Of a stretch of DNA of 64,000 nucleotides, positions 1-9,431 are shown one piece after another. Location: contig CAVZQN010000004.1 in assembly GCA_963777505.1 (NCBI GenBank), forward strand, positions 288,001-352,000, in the 5' to 3' direction. Under the pieces are notes generated by a model that did not search any database, was not told the DNA's origin, and worked only from the letters and a program-made list of their open reading frames with translations. How positions within the stretch are numbered: the first letter of the stretch is position 1; the number at the start of each line of letters is the position of its first letter. The translations under genes were made by a program, and so were the position numbers. Source of the DNA: an uncultured bacterium. Lineage in GTDB: Bacteria; Acidobacteriota; HRBIN11; JAKEFK01.

Positions 1-33
1 AATATCATCGATGCATTGAGACACAACCGATAG
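1..33 (+). CDS. 3' end of an upstream gene, probably an ABC permease (…NIIDALRHNR*)
   Basis: The C-terminal IIDALR resembles the VADALQ end of the next permease; the stop is 3 nt before the next ATG. Confidence 0.5.
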   Translation, partial: NIIDALRHNR

Positions 34-36
34 ATT

Positions 37-1251
37 ATGTGGAAATTAGCATTTCGAAATATTTTCCGGCAAAAGATTCGTACTGGATTGACCTTGCTTG
101 CCATTATCGCAGGCGTCATCGCAAATATTTTTGCAGGTGGATTTATTCAAGACATTCTAAATCAGGTGAAAGATGCGACTATCCGGTCACGATTAGGTCA
201 TCTACAAGTATACAAATCCGGGTTTTATACGAAAGGACGCCGTGCACCATTCAAATACATGATTGAAAATCCGCAAGAAAGTATTTCTGAATTCCAACAG
301 ATCAAACATGTAAATGACGTCCTGCCTCGTATTTATTTTTCTGGTCTACTCAGTAATAACCGCACAAACTTTTCGGTAATAGGTGAAGGAGTTGATGCAG
401 ATAAGGAAACCAGGCTCGCAGGACGCTATGTCAACATTACGTCTGGACGCCAACTCACGGATGAAGATCCATACGGAATGATGATAGGCGAAGGTGTGAG
501 CACTTCACTCAATCTCAAACCTGGCGATGATGTTGTTCTTCTAGTGAATACTCCTGATGGAGCATTAAACAGTCTCGATTTTACAATTGTCGGAGTATTT
601 CAAACGATGCTTGCCAAAGATTACGACGATCGCGCTGTTCGCATTGGCGTGTCTGCAGCGCAAGAACTCCTGGCGACAAACAAAATGCATTCACTCGTTT
701 TTGTTCTGGATAATGCCGAGTCTACAAAGGATGTAGCTTTAAGTCTGAAACCATATCTCAACGAAGGCAAATTTGAAATGAAAAGCTGGATGGAGCTTGC
801 AGATTTTTATACGAAAGTTGTCGCAATGTACAAAAGACAATTCGGTATTTTGCAGCTCATCATTCTGGGAATGGTTCTTTTAAGCGTTGCCAATACTGTA
901 AATATGACGCTCTATGAACGTGCAGGAGAATTTGGCACTTTGATGGCTTTAGGAAATCGAAGGAATCATATTTTTAAGCTTGCGATTTGCGAAACGCTAA
1001 TCATCGGATTGATGGGTAGTATTCTTGGAGCCGTACTTGGAATCTTGTTCGCATCTCTCATTTCTTCTGTTGGGATTCCAATGCCTCCACCTCCAAATTC
1101 AAACGCTCCATGGACAGCTTCAATTCAGATCGTTCCATCGGTTGTAATTTGGGCATTCGGTGTGGGTCTCGTTGCTAGTTGTGCCGCAGCCGTTCTGCCC
1201 TCATGGCGCATCTCCCGTATGCCCGTAGCAGATGCTCTTCAGCAAAATTAA
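37..1251 (+). CDS. FtsX/LolE-like ABC transporter permease
   Basis: N-terminal LAFRNIFRQKIRTGLT, periplasmic domain, ERAGEFGTLMALG motif, three C-terminal TM helices. Confidence 0.9.
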   Translation: MWKLAFRNIFRQKIRTGLTLLAIIAGVIANIFAGGFIQDILNQVKDATIRSRLGHLQVYKSGFYTKGRRAPFKYMIENPQESISEFQQIKHVNDVLPRIYFSGLLSNNRTNFSVIGEGVDADKETRLAGRYVNITSGRQLTDEDPYGMMIGEGVSTSLNLKPGDDVVLLVNTPDGALNSLDFTIVGVFQTMLAKDYDDRAVRIGVSAAQELLATNKMHSLVFVLDNAESTKDVALSLKPYLNEGKFEMKSWMELADFYTKVVAMYKRQFGILQLIILGMVLLSVANTVNMTLYERAGEFGTLMALGNRRNHIFKLAICETLIIGLMGSILGAVLGILFASLISSVGIPMPPPPNSNAPWTASIQIVPSVVIWAFGVGLVASCAAAVLPSWRISRMPVADALQQN

Positions 1252-1261
1252 CACTCGTTTG

Positions 1262-1493
1262 CCGCCAAGACGCCAAGCCGCCAAGAAATTAATTTAGGAT
1301 TGGTTTCCATGAAATGGCACACGGATTTTTACGGATTGAACGGATTTTCAATGATCCATTAAGGTATCTGATTCACTGTTTGGAGCACGAAATATTGCGC
1401 TTGAGTTAAATCAGTGAGGATCCGTTAGATCCGTCTGAATCAGTGTCCTATACTTTTTTGTGCTGTTCTCTTGGCGTCATGGCGCCTTGGCGG
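1262..1493. repeat. Nested intergenic inverted repeats built from short tandem units
   Basis: Outer arms ccgccaagacgccaagccgccaaga (1262-1286) and tcttggcgtcatggcgccttggcgg (1469-1493); inner arms (acggatt)n at ~1318-1350 and (atccgt)n at ~1418-1447. Confidence 0.75.
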
Positions 1494-1503
1494 TTGAGCT
1501 GAG

Positions 1504-2247
1504 CTAGTACAGTTTTTTCAGGTAGTCTTTGGTGAAGTATTTTTCAGGCAGGTCGCGCATCAGAAAGCCGCTATATTCCAGCACCGACTTTTCACCTTTC
1601 AATGCATCTTCCATGACAAGTGTAGTCGGACGCAACGCGCCTACAACTTGTGAAAACATTTGATACCAGCAAGTTTTTAGGTGCCGTCCGGAAATTGTAT
1701 AAAACTCGGCTTTATAGGGCCGGTAATCCGTCGCATGAATCCAGTACAAGACTCGATGATAGGTAACGCCACGATCTTTTGCAGTTAGTTCCAGCACATA
1801 GTATTGGCTGTCTTCGATGTTTTCATTGCGAAGTATTTTAGGCGCATAGTCGCCGGAAAAATTACTGCGCGCAAGGTCTCCATAAGAAACCTGGCCTGTC
1901 AGGCGTTGAGAAAGTGGAAGCCGGATTGCTTGCGAAACTTTTGGCGTAAAGAACCACAAGTCTTGATCCCGCATCAAAAGAATTTGACCACGTTCTGCGG
2001 CGGGAGCAGTTGTAATCACCGTAGTCCTTTCATTGCCTTTACAAAGAATTTGATATTGCTCAACAGAAGGTTGTTTTTCGGTGGAAGAAGTTGTGATCTT
2101 CACATTCACTTGAAAAGGATCTCGCGGAAAACGGATTTCGTCAGCACGTGCCAGAATGTTTTTTGCCAAATCCTCATCTTGAGCGCCTGCTGATTGAAGG
2201 AAGATAGCGATTGAAAAGATCGCAAATACAGCGCGAAGCATGGTCAT
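1504..2247 (-). CDS. Outer membrane lipoprotein-sorting (LolA-like) protein
   Basis: Signal peptide; ERGQILLM, QRLTGQVSYGDL and FTKDYL motifs; next to Lol-like permeases. Confidence 0.8.
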   Translation of the reverse strand: MTMLRAVFAIFSIAIFLQSAGAQDEDLAKNILARADEIRFPRDPFQVNVKITTSSTEKQPSVEQYQILCKGNERTTVITTAPAAERGQILLMRDQDLWFFTPKVSQAIRLPLSQRLTGQVSYGDLARSNFSGDYAPKILRNENIEDSQYYVLELTAKDRGVTYHRVLYWIHATDYRPYKAEFYTISGRHLKTCWYQMFSQVVGALRPTTLVMEDALKGEKSVLEYSGFLMRDLPEKYFTKDYLKKLY

Positions 2248-2357
2248 GATTTTCCATACTCAGTGAAATGCTGTCAAGGAGATCATTTGATATTCAACTC
2301 TAAACTTATATATTAGAGAATATTTCGTATCACGTTGCTTTTGAACGATCAAACTTT

Positions 2358-3200
2358 ATGTGGTCAAAACTCACTTCAGTATTCAGTGCTCGTCCCGTCA
2401 TTGTTGACAAGAAGGTCTTGAACCTTTCGGTCAAAATTCCGAAGACCATGCCAACAGATCAAGCAGACTACGATGATGCCTGGATATATGCATTAATGAT
2501 GCAATCGAAGGATATGTTTGATATCGGTTGTAATAATGGTTTTTTTACACTACTTGCCTGCCTGACAGACCATTCGCGAAAGGTCGTCGCAGCTGATGCC
2601 AGTCCAGAAGTTTTATCTCTTGCGGCTGAAGTTCTCTTTCTCAATGGAATTTCAGAACAAGTACATTTTGTTTTAGGCTTTATTAGCGACAAAGAGGATG
2701 AGGAACAGTTATTTTATACAACTGCATCTGGTGAGGCGGGAAGTATGTATTCCTCACACGCGAAAACTGCGGCTTCTTTAGGAAACAGAATCTCTGTGAA
2801 AACAACAACCATGGATCGAGTGATGGAAAATACAGGAATTCTTCCTGAGTTCATAAAAATGGACATTGAAGGAGCCGAAAAGTTTGCGTTAGAAGGATCA
2901 AAAAAACTTGCATCTCATCATAAATCCCGTTTTATTGTTGAAGTTCATAGCAACGCAGATCTGTCAATGAAAGAAAACGGTGAAGCAATTTTAAGTTGGT
3001 GTCAAAATGTTGGTTATAGCGCTTATTATCTGAAACACCATGCAATACTCAATTCGGTCGATGTAATTGAACATCGCGGGCGATGTCATCTGCTATTGCA
3101 ACCTGCAGACTGGATCTATCCAGAATACCTGCACGAAATTCAACAAAATGATTCTTTGGAAAAGGCTCACAGTGTTTTGAAAAAACACGGATTAGCTTAG
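2358..3200 (+). CDS. FkbM family methyltransferase
   Basis: FDIGCNNG SAM-binding motif; IKMDIEGAE; IVEVH. Confidence 0.85.
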   Translation: MWSKLTSVFSARPVIVDKKVLNLSVKIPKTMPTDQADYDDAWIYALMMQSKDMFDIGCNNGFFTLLACLTDHSRKVVAADASPEVLSLAAEVLFLNGISEQVHFVLGFISDKEDEEQLFYTTASGEAGSMYSSHAKTAASLGNRISVKTTTMDRVMENTGILPEFIKMDIEGAEKFALEGSKKLASHHKSRFIVEVHSNADLSMKENGEAILSWCQNVGYSAYYLKHHAILNSVDVIEHRGRCHLLLQPADWIYPEYLHEIQQNDSLEKAHSVLKKHGLA

Positions 3201-3260
3201 GGATTTGTACGCGCTCGGCGCAATCTTGGCAGACGCGCGGTCCTTATGCAGACGGGACGT

Positions 3261-3768
3261 TCACTGCACTCTTGTAAATGTTTCCTCTTCGACCATCTTG
3301 TCTGCTCCTTTCTCGCGGAAAGTCCATTTACTTATGAAGTGATTATTGTCAATGAATCGAAATTCCGCTTTATACATATGGCCCTTTTGCAGATCAGGTA
3401 GATTCGTCGCATCAAGAAAATCAAAATTGATTTCCTTTGCATCATCGCTGATTGAAACGGCACGCATTCGTGGTTGATTCTGTGCGATGCAATAATGTGT
3501 GAGCATCAGCTGATTTCCATCCAGATGATACAAGGTGATCATCTCCATGTTGTTTTCCTTGCTCATCGTAAAAGTTTCTTGGACCGCGCTTCCTCCGGCA
3601 ACAATTTCATAAACGGCCTTCCGAGCTTCACCATCTTTTGAAGAAGACGTCCATGTTCCTTCTAAAGATTTGAACGCATCCAAAGCGGCTTTCGCCTTTG
3701 CGTCATCCGTAGCAAAAAGAAATGAATAGTTCAGCAGGATCAAAATCAAAGGAATCAAAGTTCTCATA
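3261..3768 (-). CDS. Secreted hypothetical beta-barrel-like protein
   Basis: Signal peptide from MRTLIP; conserved-looking LTHYCIAQNQPRM. Confidence 0.7.
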
Positions 3769-3836
3769 GTCACCTCGCTAATGCCACTAAGACGAAGCAC
3801 ATGCCATTAAATCGACACTCCAGGTCGGTTGGGAAA

Positions 3837-6512
3837 TTATTCGTATCGCAACGCGCTGAGAGGATCGATACGAATAGCGCGACGAGCGGGGATTACACAA
3901 GCGAGGATGGCTATAGCCAGCAAAAATGCGCTAACTGCGAAATAGGTGAATGGATCTAGTGGATGTATCTCAAATAAAAGGGTCCTAAGATAGCGTGTTA
4001 AGAGAAAGGCTCCGATAACACCCAGAACGATTCCTGCGAGTGTCAGTTGTACACCGTGACCGGTAATCAACTTTAAGATATCCGCTTTCTGCGCACCGAG
4101 CGCCATGCGAATTCCTATCTCGTTTGTACGTTTCAAAGTAATGAAACTGATCAGGCCGTAGATTCCAAGTGCCGAAAGGAACACTGCAACCGCAGCGAAA
4201 ATCAAAAGTAATATCAACTGAAATCTGCGTTGAGTCAGCGAATCGCTCACAAGCTGTTCCATGGTTACGACTCTGTAAAAGGGTAAAGTGCGGTCTACAC
4301 TCCAAACTGCTGACTTCAACGCAGGGATCAATGTGTTTGCATCGGTCAATGTTCGAACCACAAAAATAGCGGCTCCGGAAGGCGATTTGCCATAAGGGAT
4401 GAAAAATTCCGGCCTTTGTTCTTGATCGAGTCCATCATGACGCAAACTACCAACGACTCCAATTACTTCAAGCGTGGCTGGTTTTTGCCTGAATTGAGTT
4501 TGAATCTTTTTCCCGATTGCATCTTCTCCAAGATTTAGCTTACGTGCCATCGCCTCGTTAATGATTATTCTGAAAGGTCCATTTTGGTGATCAGTCTGAT
4601 TGAACATGCGTCCTTGTTTCAGCGGGATCCCCAGAAGTGAAAAATATTCATCCGTTATGATTGTAAGAAACGCTGTATGCTCCTGGCCTGCAGGTAAAGG
4701 TTGACCCTCTACTGTAATCGGATAGGACGAGTCGGAACTACTTTCAAAAAAGGGAAGTGCCGTCGTTACCCCAACTGCTTTTACACCAGGTACGTTTTTC
4801 AAACGGGAGATTGCCTCACGTGTAAAATTCAAACGCGTCTCAGGCTCATCATAATGGCCATATAGAAATACTTGCATCGCTACAACGCTTTCTCTGACAA
4901 ATCCTGGATTTACATTCAGCAAATTGATCAGACTGCGGAAAAATAATCCTGCACCAATCAACAACACAATCGCAATTGCAACCTGAGAAACTACAAGCGC
5001 GTTCCGTAATTGCTGCCGGAACCGCCCTGCTGCCATGATTGTTCCTGATCCTTCTTTTAACGAATGCTGCAAATCGAAACGCGAAGCGTGGAGGGCTGGA
5101 ATCAAGCCAAATAAAATTGCGTTTATAAATGAAAGGCCTGTCGCAAATCCAAGCACAACAGGATCCAACTTCATTGTGTCCATGCGTGGGATGTTATCTG
5201 GACCAATTGCGATCATGATTCCCATCGCCCACTTTGCAACAAGTATTCCCATTGCACAGCCGAAAATCGCAAGGATCAAATTTTCAATCATCAATTGTTG
5301 AACAATATTGAACCGGCTGGCTCCCAGCGCTAAACGAACGGCAATCTCACGCTGCCGTTCAGAGCCTCGTGCAAGTTGCAGATTTGCCAGATTCGCGCAT
5401 CCAATCAAAACGACAAGTCCAACAGCTCCCAACAATACAAGTAACGCAACTCTGACATTGCTGATGAAGTGCTCACGGATCGGAACAACATTGATTTTAA
5501 TGCCCTGATTTGTTTGTGGATGCTCTTTTGCAAGCTGTGATGCAATTGTGTTCATCGCCGATTGCGCTTGCTTCAAACTCACTCCAGGTTTCAGGCGCGC
5601 AATTACTTTTAAATACGTCGCCCTGCGTTGATACTTCCAATCCTCTTCTGTTGGTTGCGGTAGAAATGCTTCTTTTTCCGGATTGTTTAAGTAAAGCCGG
5701 AACTCGGGAGGCATGACTCCGATAATTGTTATTGGTTGATCTTCCAATGTAAGAGTGCGGCCGATAACGGAACGATCGCCGCCGAATCTGCGCTGCCATA
5801 ATCCATAGCTGAGCACAACAACATTGTTACGTCCTTCTTGATATTCTTCGGGTAAAAACGTCCGTCCATACAACGGCCTTACACCAAGTATTTCAAAGAA
5901 GCCATTAGAAACGAGGGCACTTAACCAGGTTTCAGGTTCCGCCGCGCCTGTATAGTCCAGACCCTCTGGTCGAAATGATGCGATCGTTTCGAAAACGTGC
6001 TGCCGTTCTTGCCAATCCAAAAAATTCGCTGGGGAGACGTCATCGCGTTCGATTCCATCTTTGACATTGTTTTCCCAAATTGTAACGATGCCATCCGGAT
6101 TATGGAATGGCAGCGGACGGAGAAGCACGCTGTTTACGGCGCTGAAAATCGCAGTGTTGGCGCCAATTCCAATGGCAAGTGCAAGAGTTGCTGCTATAAA
6201 AAAGCCTGGCTTTTTTAGAAGAACTCGCATTCCATATTTCCCATCGTTCAAAAGTCTCGACATCCATTCCTCTGACTTGCGAGATTTTTGAACTGGAGTA
6301 ACCGGCTTTGGTTTTTGTGGAAATATCCAATGAAGAATTTGCAACCAGTACCAGGATCGCGCGCGTCTAATGCCATTATGAGAATCAGCGCGTCTTCGAA
6401 ATTCTTCTTCAAGGTCACCCAATACGAATTCACGAATGTTTTTAGGAATGAATAATTGCAAAAACCAGCGTGCCAATTTGGGTGGCGGTAAGTCGCGACG
6501 CTTATCAGTCAT
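3837..6512 (-). CDS. ADOP-type duplicated ABC permease (MacB/FtsX)
   Basis: LAIGIGANTAIFS, CANLANLQLAR, REIAVRLALGA, EIGIRMALGA; N-terminal GDLEEEF prefix domain; downstream of PadR. Confidence 0.92.
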   Translation of the reverse strand: MTDKRRDLPPPKLARWFLQLFIPKNIREFVLGDLEEEFRRRADSHNGIRRARSWYWLQILHWIFPQKPKPVTPVQKSRKSEEWMSRLLNDGKYGMRVLLKKPGFFIAATLALAIGIGANTAIFSAVNSVLLRPLPFHNPDGIVTIWENNVKDGIERDDVSPANFLDWQERQHVFETIASFRPEGLDYTGAAEPETWLSALVSNGFFEILGVRPLYGRTFLPEEYQEGRNNVVVLSYGLWQRRFGGDRSVIGRTLTLEDQPITIIGVMPPEFRLYLNNPEKEAFLPQPTEEDWKYQRRATYLKVIARLKPGVSLKQAQSAMNTIASQLAKEHPQTNQGIKINVVPIREHFISNVRVALLVLLGAVGLVVLIGCANLANLQLARGSERQREIAVRLALGASRFNIVQQLMIENLILAIFGCAMGILVAKWAMGIMIAIGPDNIPRMDTMKLDPVVLGFATGLSFINAILFGLIPALHASRFDLQHSLKEGSGTIMAAGRFRQQLRNALVVSQVAIAIVLLIGAGLFFRSLINLLNVNPGFVRESVVAMQVFLYGHYDEPETRLNFTREAISRLKNVPGVKAVGVTTALPFFESSSDSSYPITVEGQPLPAGQEHTAFLTIITDEYFSLLGIPLKQGRMFNQTDHQNGPFRIIINEAMARKLNLGEDAIGKKIQTQFRQKPATLEVIGVVGSLRHDGLDQEQRPEFFIPYGKSPSGAAIFVVRTLTDANTLIPALKSAVWSVDRTLPFYRVVTMEQLVSDSLTQRRFQLILLLIFAAVAVFLSALGIYGLISFITLKRTNEIGIRMALGAQKADILKLITGHGVQLTLAGIVLGVIGAFLLTRYLRTLLFEIHPLDPFTYFAVSAFLLAIAILACVIPARRAIRIDPLSALRYE

Positions 6513-6835
6513 AATTTTCCTAATTGTTTTTCAAGACCCGAAATCATTCCTTTAAACGCTCTGTAGGATTCTGCCAATGCTTCCTCGCCTAATGGTTCAA
6601 GCGAAAAATATTTCTTGCGGCGTCCGCCTCGCTGCGGTGTAGGTTCTCCAACACGCGACTGAATCAGCCCTTGCTCTTCCAGTCGATCCAGAGTTGTATA
6701 CAGCGCACCAATTGAAATTTCCCGCTCTGTGCGTTTTTCAATCTCCTCACGGATTGTTGTACCGTACGCATTTTCACGCAGACGCAATAATGCAAGCAAC
6801 ACAAGCTGCTCAAATTCACCTAACTTCTTATCCAT
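6509..6835 (-). CDS. PadR family transcriptional regulator
   Basis: LGEFEQLVLLALL, YGTTI, GALYTTLDRLE, GGRRKKYF; likely start MDKKL at 6835; ATGA overlap with the permease. Confidence 0.92.
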   Translation of the reverse strand: MDKKLGEFEQLVLLALLRLRENAYGTTIREEIEKRTEREISIGALYTTLDRLEEQGLIQSRVGEPTPQRGGRRKKYFSLEPLGEEALAESYRAFKGMISGLEKQLGKL

Positions 6836-6874
6836 ATATTCTACAATGTAGAATATATCGTTTTGTGTTGTCAA
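6834..6874 (-). promoter_or_regulatory. sigma70 promoter of padR with an overlapping palindromic operator
   Basis: Minus strand TTGACA-18nt-TACATT-9nt-ATG; perfect 12-bp inverted repeat ATATATTCTACA-a-TGTAGAATATAT at 6834-6858. Confidence 0.7.
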
Positions 6875-7103
6875 GTCCGTGTGTAAGGTGTTCAGCTTTT
6901 GAACAATTAATGTCATGGACCAGCTGACAGTTTTTGTTCGATCAACACTCGTTATGATTCGATTTGGTGGCTGTACAGTTTTTATTTCCAAAACCCGTAA
7001 GTCGTTGAGTCAAAGAGTCATACGCTGAGGAGTTGTACAGTAATAAGCCGTAACACCGAGGGTTGAGATTTGATTTATTGACGAGAATCATGCGGGTATT
7101 CTC

Positions 7104-7119
7104 TGGCATATCTCTTGCT
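7104..7119 (+). promoter_or_regulatory. sigma54 (-24/-12) promoter of the FAS/ADO-like operon
   Basis: TGGCAT-ATCTC-TTGCT gives GG-N10-GC about 120 nt upstream of ATG 7238. Confidence 0.7.
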
Positions 7120-7237
7120 CTAACAGAGGTACCAATTGAGGGGTAGTTGGGAAATGGGGGAATAAGAACTGTGGGAGAGTCCCCTGAAAATCATGAGCGT
7201 GAGAGGTTTCGGCGCAGGCAGGAAAAAATAAATTCTC

Positions 7238-8221
7238 ATGTCTGAGCGCCAGGCAAGTCCATTTTGGAATAAGAATTATTGGGCCCTGATCCTAGGAGGA
7301 TCGTCTGGGTTTGGTCTGGCCACTGCAAAAAAATTAGCAAGTTGTGGATTCAATATAGTGCTGGGTCACAAAGATACTCAAGGTCGCGTTGAAAGCGAAT
7401 TGAATTCGCATTTTTCGGAAATTCGAAATCATGGAGTTGAACTGCAAACGTACAATGGCAACCTGACACAGGATGAGGAACGAGGCAGTCTCTTTGCAAT
7501 CATAGAAAAATCCGTTCCGCGCGAACATCTTTATCTTTTTCTTCATTCGATTGCAGATGGATGCTGCAAGCCATTAATCGAATCTCCCGATCCGCAAACA
7601 AAAAAGCAAGCGATTTCTGAACTCACAAAAACGCTCGTTAACCGCGGAATAGAAATCTCAGAGAAAACCCTCAGCGAAGCAATCAATTATGCCTTTCATG
7701 AAAAGGGATGCGATGCATTTGCAACATTGGCTGACAGCCAGCGTCCATTTCCACAAGAAGAGTTATCAGAATCAGAATTGGCTCGCACTTTGATGATTAT
7801 GGGTTTCGATTTCGCGAATTGGGGACGCGAACTTTTACGCAATAATTTATTTTCGAAAAAGGCCCGGTTACTTGCACTTACCTCAGAAGGCAATTCAAAA
7901 GCATGGCGTGGATATGCGGCAGTCGCTGCCGCAAAAACAGCGCTCGAAGCTCTTTGTCGATCGATGGCACTTGAGTTTGCACCATACGATCTTCGTACTT
8001 GCATCGTTCAACCTGGAATAACAGATACACCAGCCGGCAATAGCATTCCTCACTTTGATTTGATGAAGGCGCAGGCTCGCCTCCGAAATCCATTTCATCG
8101 ATTAACGACTCCGGAGGATGTTGCCAATGCGATTTATGGTTTGTGTCTGCCTCTTTTTGATTGGGTAAATGGAACAGTAATTCGAGTGGATGGTGGAGAG
8201 GCAATTTCATCTTTGAGTTAG
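7238..8221 (+). CDS. SDR, probable enoyl-ACP reductase (FabL-like), with an internal insertion
   Basis: ILGGSSGFG; Y-x6-K (YAAVAAAK); PGITDT; RLTTPEDVA; VDGG. Confidence 0.8.
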   Translation: MSERQASPFWNKNYWALILGGSSGFGLATAKKLASCGFNIVLGHKDTQGRVESELNSHFSEIRNHGVELQTYNGNLTQDEERGSLFAIIEKSVPREHLYLFLHSIADGCCKPLIESPDPQTKKQAISELTKTLVNRGIEISEKTLSEAINYAFHEKGCDAFATLADSQRPFPQEELSESELARTLMIMGFDFANWGRELLRNNLFSKKARLLALTSEGNSKAWRGYAAVAAAKTALEALCRSMALEFAPYDLRTCIVQPGITDTPAGNSIPHFDLMKAQARLRNPFHRLTTPEDVANAIYGLCLPLFDWVNGTVIRVDGGEAISSLS

Positions 8222-8229
8222 GAAATCAT

Positions 8230-8961
8230 ATGCCGGAACAAGACGTTGCATTAATCACTGGAGCATCAGGAGGAATCGGTCAAGCGATCGCACTCATGCT
8301 TCATAAAAAAAGTAACGGACAACTTAAAATCGGTTTGCATTACAACACCAATCTTGCAGCGGTGCAAAAACTTCAGAATCAAATTCCGCATTCATTTCTT
8401 GTTCAAGCTGATCTTAGCAATAGTCAAGCTTGTGACACCGTACTGAATGAGACAAAAAAATATGGCATCCCATACATCTTGATCAACAATGCAGGCATGA
8501 GTGTTCCTCATGAACCAGCATTGGAAATTCAAAAGTCATCTTTTGAAATGATGATGAATGTTAATTTCAAAACATCGCTTTTTTTAATGCAAAATTTTGC
8601 AAAGGAAATGATCCGTGCAGGATCGGGCATCATCATCAATATCAGTTCGGTATTGGCTCGCCATGGACTTGTAGGCAGTGCAGTCTATAGAGCGACCAAG
8701 GCAGCGCTGGAAGAAACCACCAAACAGTTTGCCTATGAACTTGGAAATAGAGGCATCCGCGTGAATGCCGTCGCTCCAGGTTTTATTGAAACCGCGATGA
8801 CGGCTTCGATTCCATTTGAAAGAAGGGAGTCGATACTTGCCAAAATCAGCAGCGGAAAATTTGGAAGCCCAGAATCGGTTGCAGATGCTGTTGGTTATCT
8901 GATTGAAAATGATTACATCAATGGCGCGGTGCTGCAGGTGGACGGAGGATTGACCCTGTGA
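8230..8961 (+). CDS. fabG: 3-oxoacyl-ACP reductase
   Basis: TGASGGIG, NNAG, YRATK, VAPGFIET; likely start MPEQ at 8230. Confidence 0.8.
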   Translation: MPEQDVALITGASGGIGQAIALMLHKKSNGQLKIGLHYNTNLAAVQKLQNQIPHSFLVQADLSNSQACDTVLNETKKYGIPYILINNAGMSVPHEPALEIQKSSFEMMMNVNFKTSLFLMQNFAKEMIRAGSGIIINISSVLARHGLVGSAVYRATKAALEETTKQFAYELGNRGIRVNAVAPGFIETAMTASIPFERRESILAKISSGKFGSPESVADAVGYLIENDYINGAVLQVDGGLTL

Positions 8962-9431
8962 CGTTGAAGGAAAAGATTTTACAAATGATCCCGCATCAGC
9001 CTCCGATGCGATTTATTTCAGACATTTTGGAAGTCGATGATCATCATTTAATCAGCTTGTATACATGGACTGTTGGAGATTGCGCAGGACACTTTCCGGA
9101 TTTTCCGGTTGTGCCTGGAGTGAAAATTATTGAGTCTGCCGCTCAGGCTGGGTGTGTGGCATTTGGTCTTTATCATCTCTTAAAAGAAAACAACGGCTTG
9201 ATCAATCTGGGTCAAATCGGACTTTTTACTTCGATTGAGCGAGGTGTTTTTAAAGAGATCGTCAGGCCAGGAGATAAGGTTGCAATGCATGCGGAATTTG
9301 GTGAAGAAGGATATTTTCGCAATCCTAAAATTGTAGTTGAAGTGCGCGCAATTTTTCAAAATGGAAGATTAGCAGGGGAAGAAGTTTTTTATGGTCAGCT
9401 TTCTGGAGTGTGGATTCCAAAAGTTTTATAA
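8958..9431 (+). CDS. fabZ: 3-hydroxyacyl-ACP dehydratase (FabZ/FabA hotdog fold)
   Basis: IPHQPPMRF; GHFPDFPVVPGVKIIESAAQ; GTGA overlap with fabG. Confidence 0.85.
   Translation: MTLKEKILQMIPHQPPMRFISDILEVDDHHLISLYTWTVGDCAGHFPDFPVVPGVKIIESAAQAGCVAFGLYHLLKENNGLINLGQIGLFTSIERGVFKEIVRPGDKVAMHAEFGEEGYFRNPKIVVEVRAIFQNGRLAGEEVFYGQLSGVWIPKVL

Noticed and set aside
6836-6991. N-terminal extension of PadR in the ORF track (similar extensions at 8161, 27176, 44372 and 49056)
   Set aside because: The extensions cross promoters, repeats or neighbouring genes; family similarity starts at downstream Met codons.
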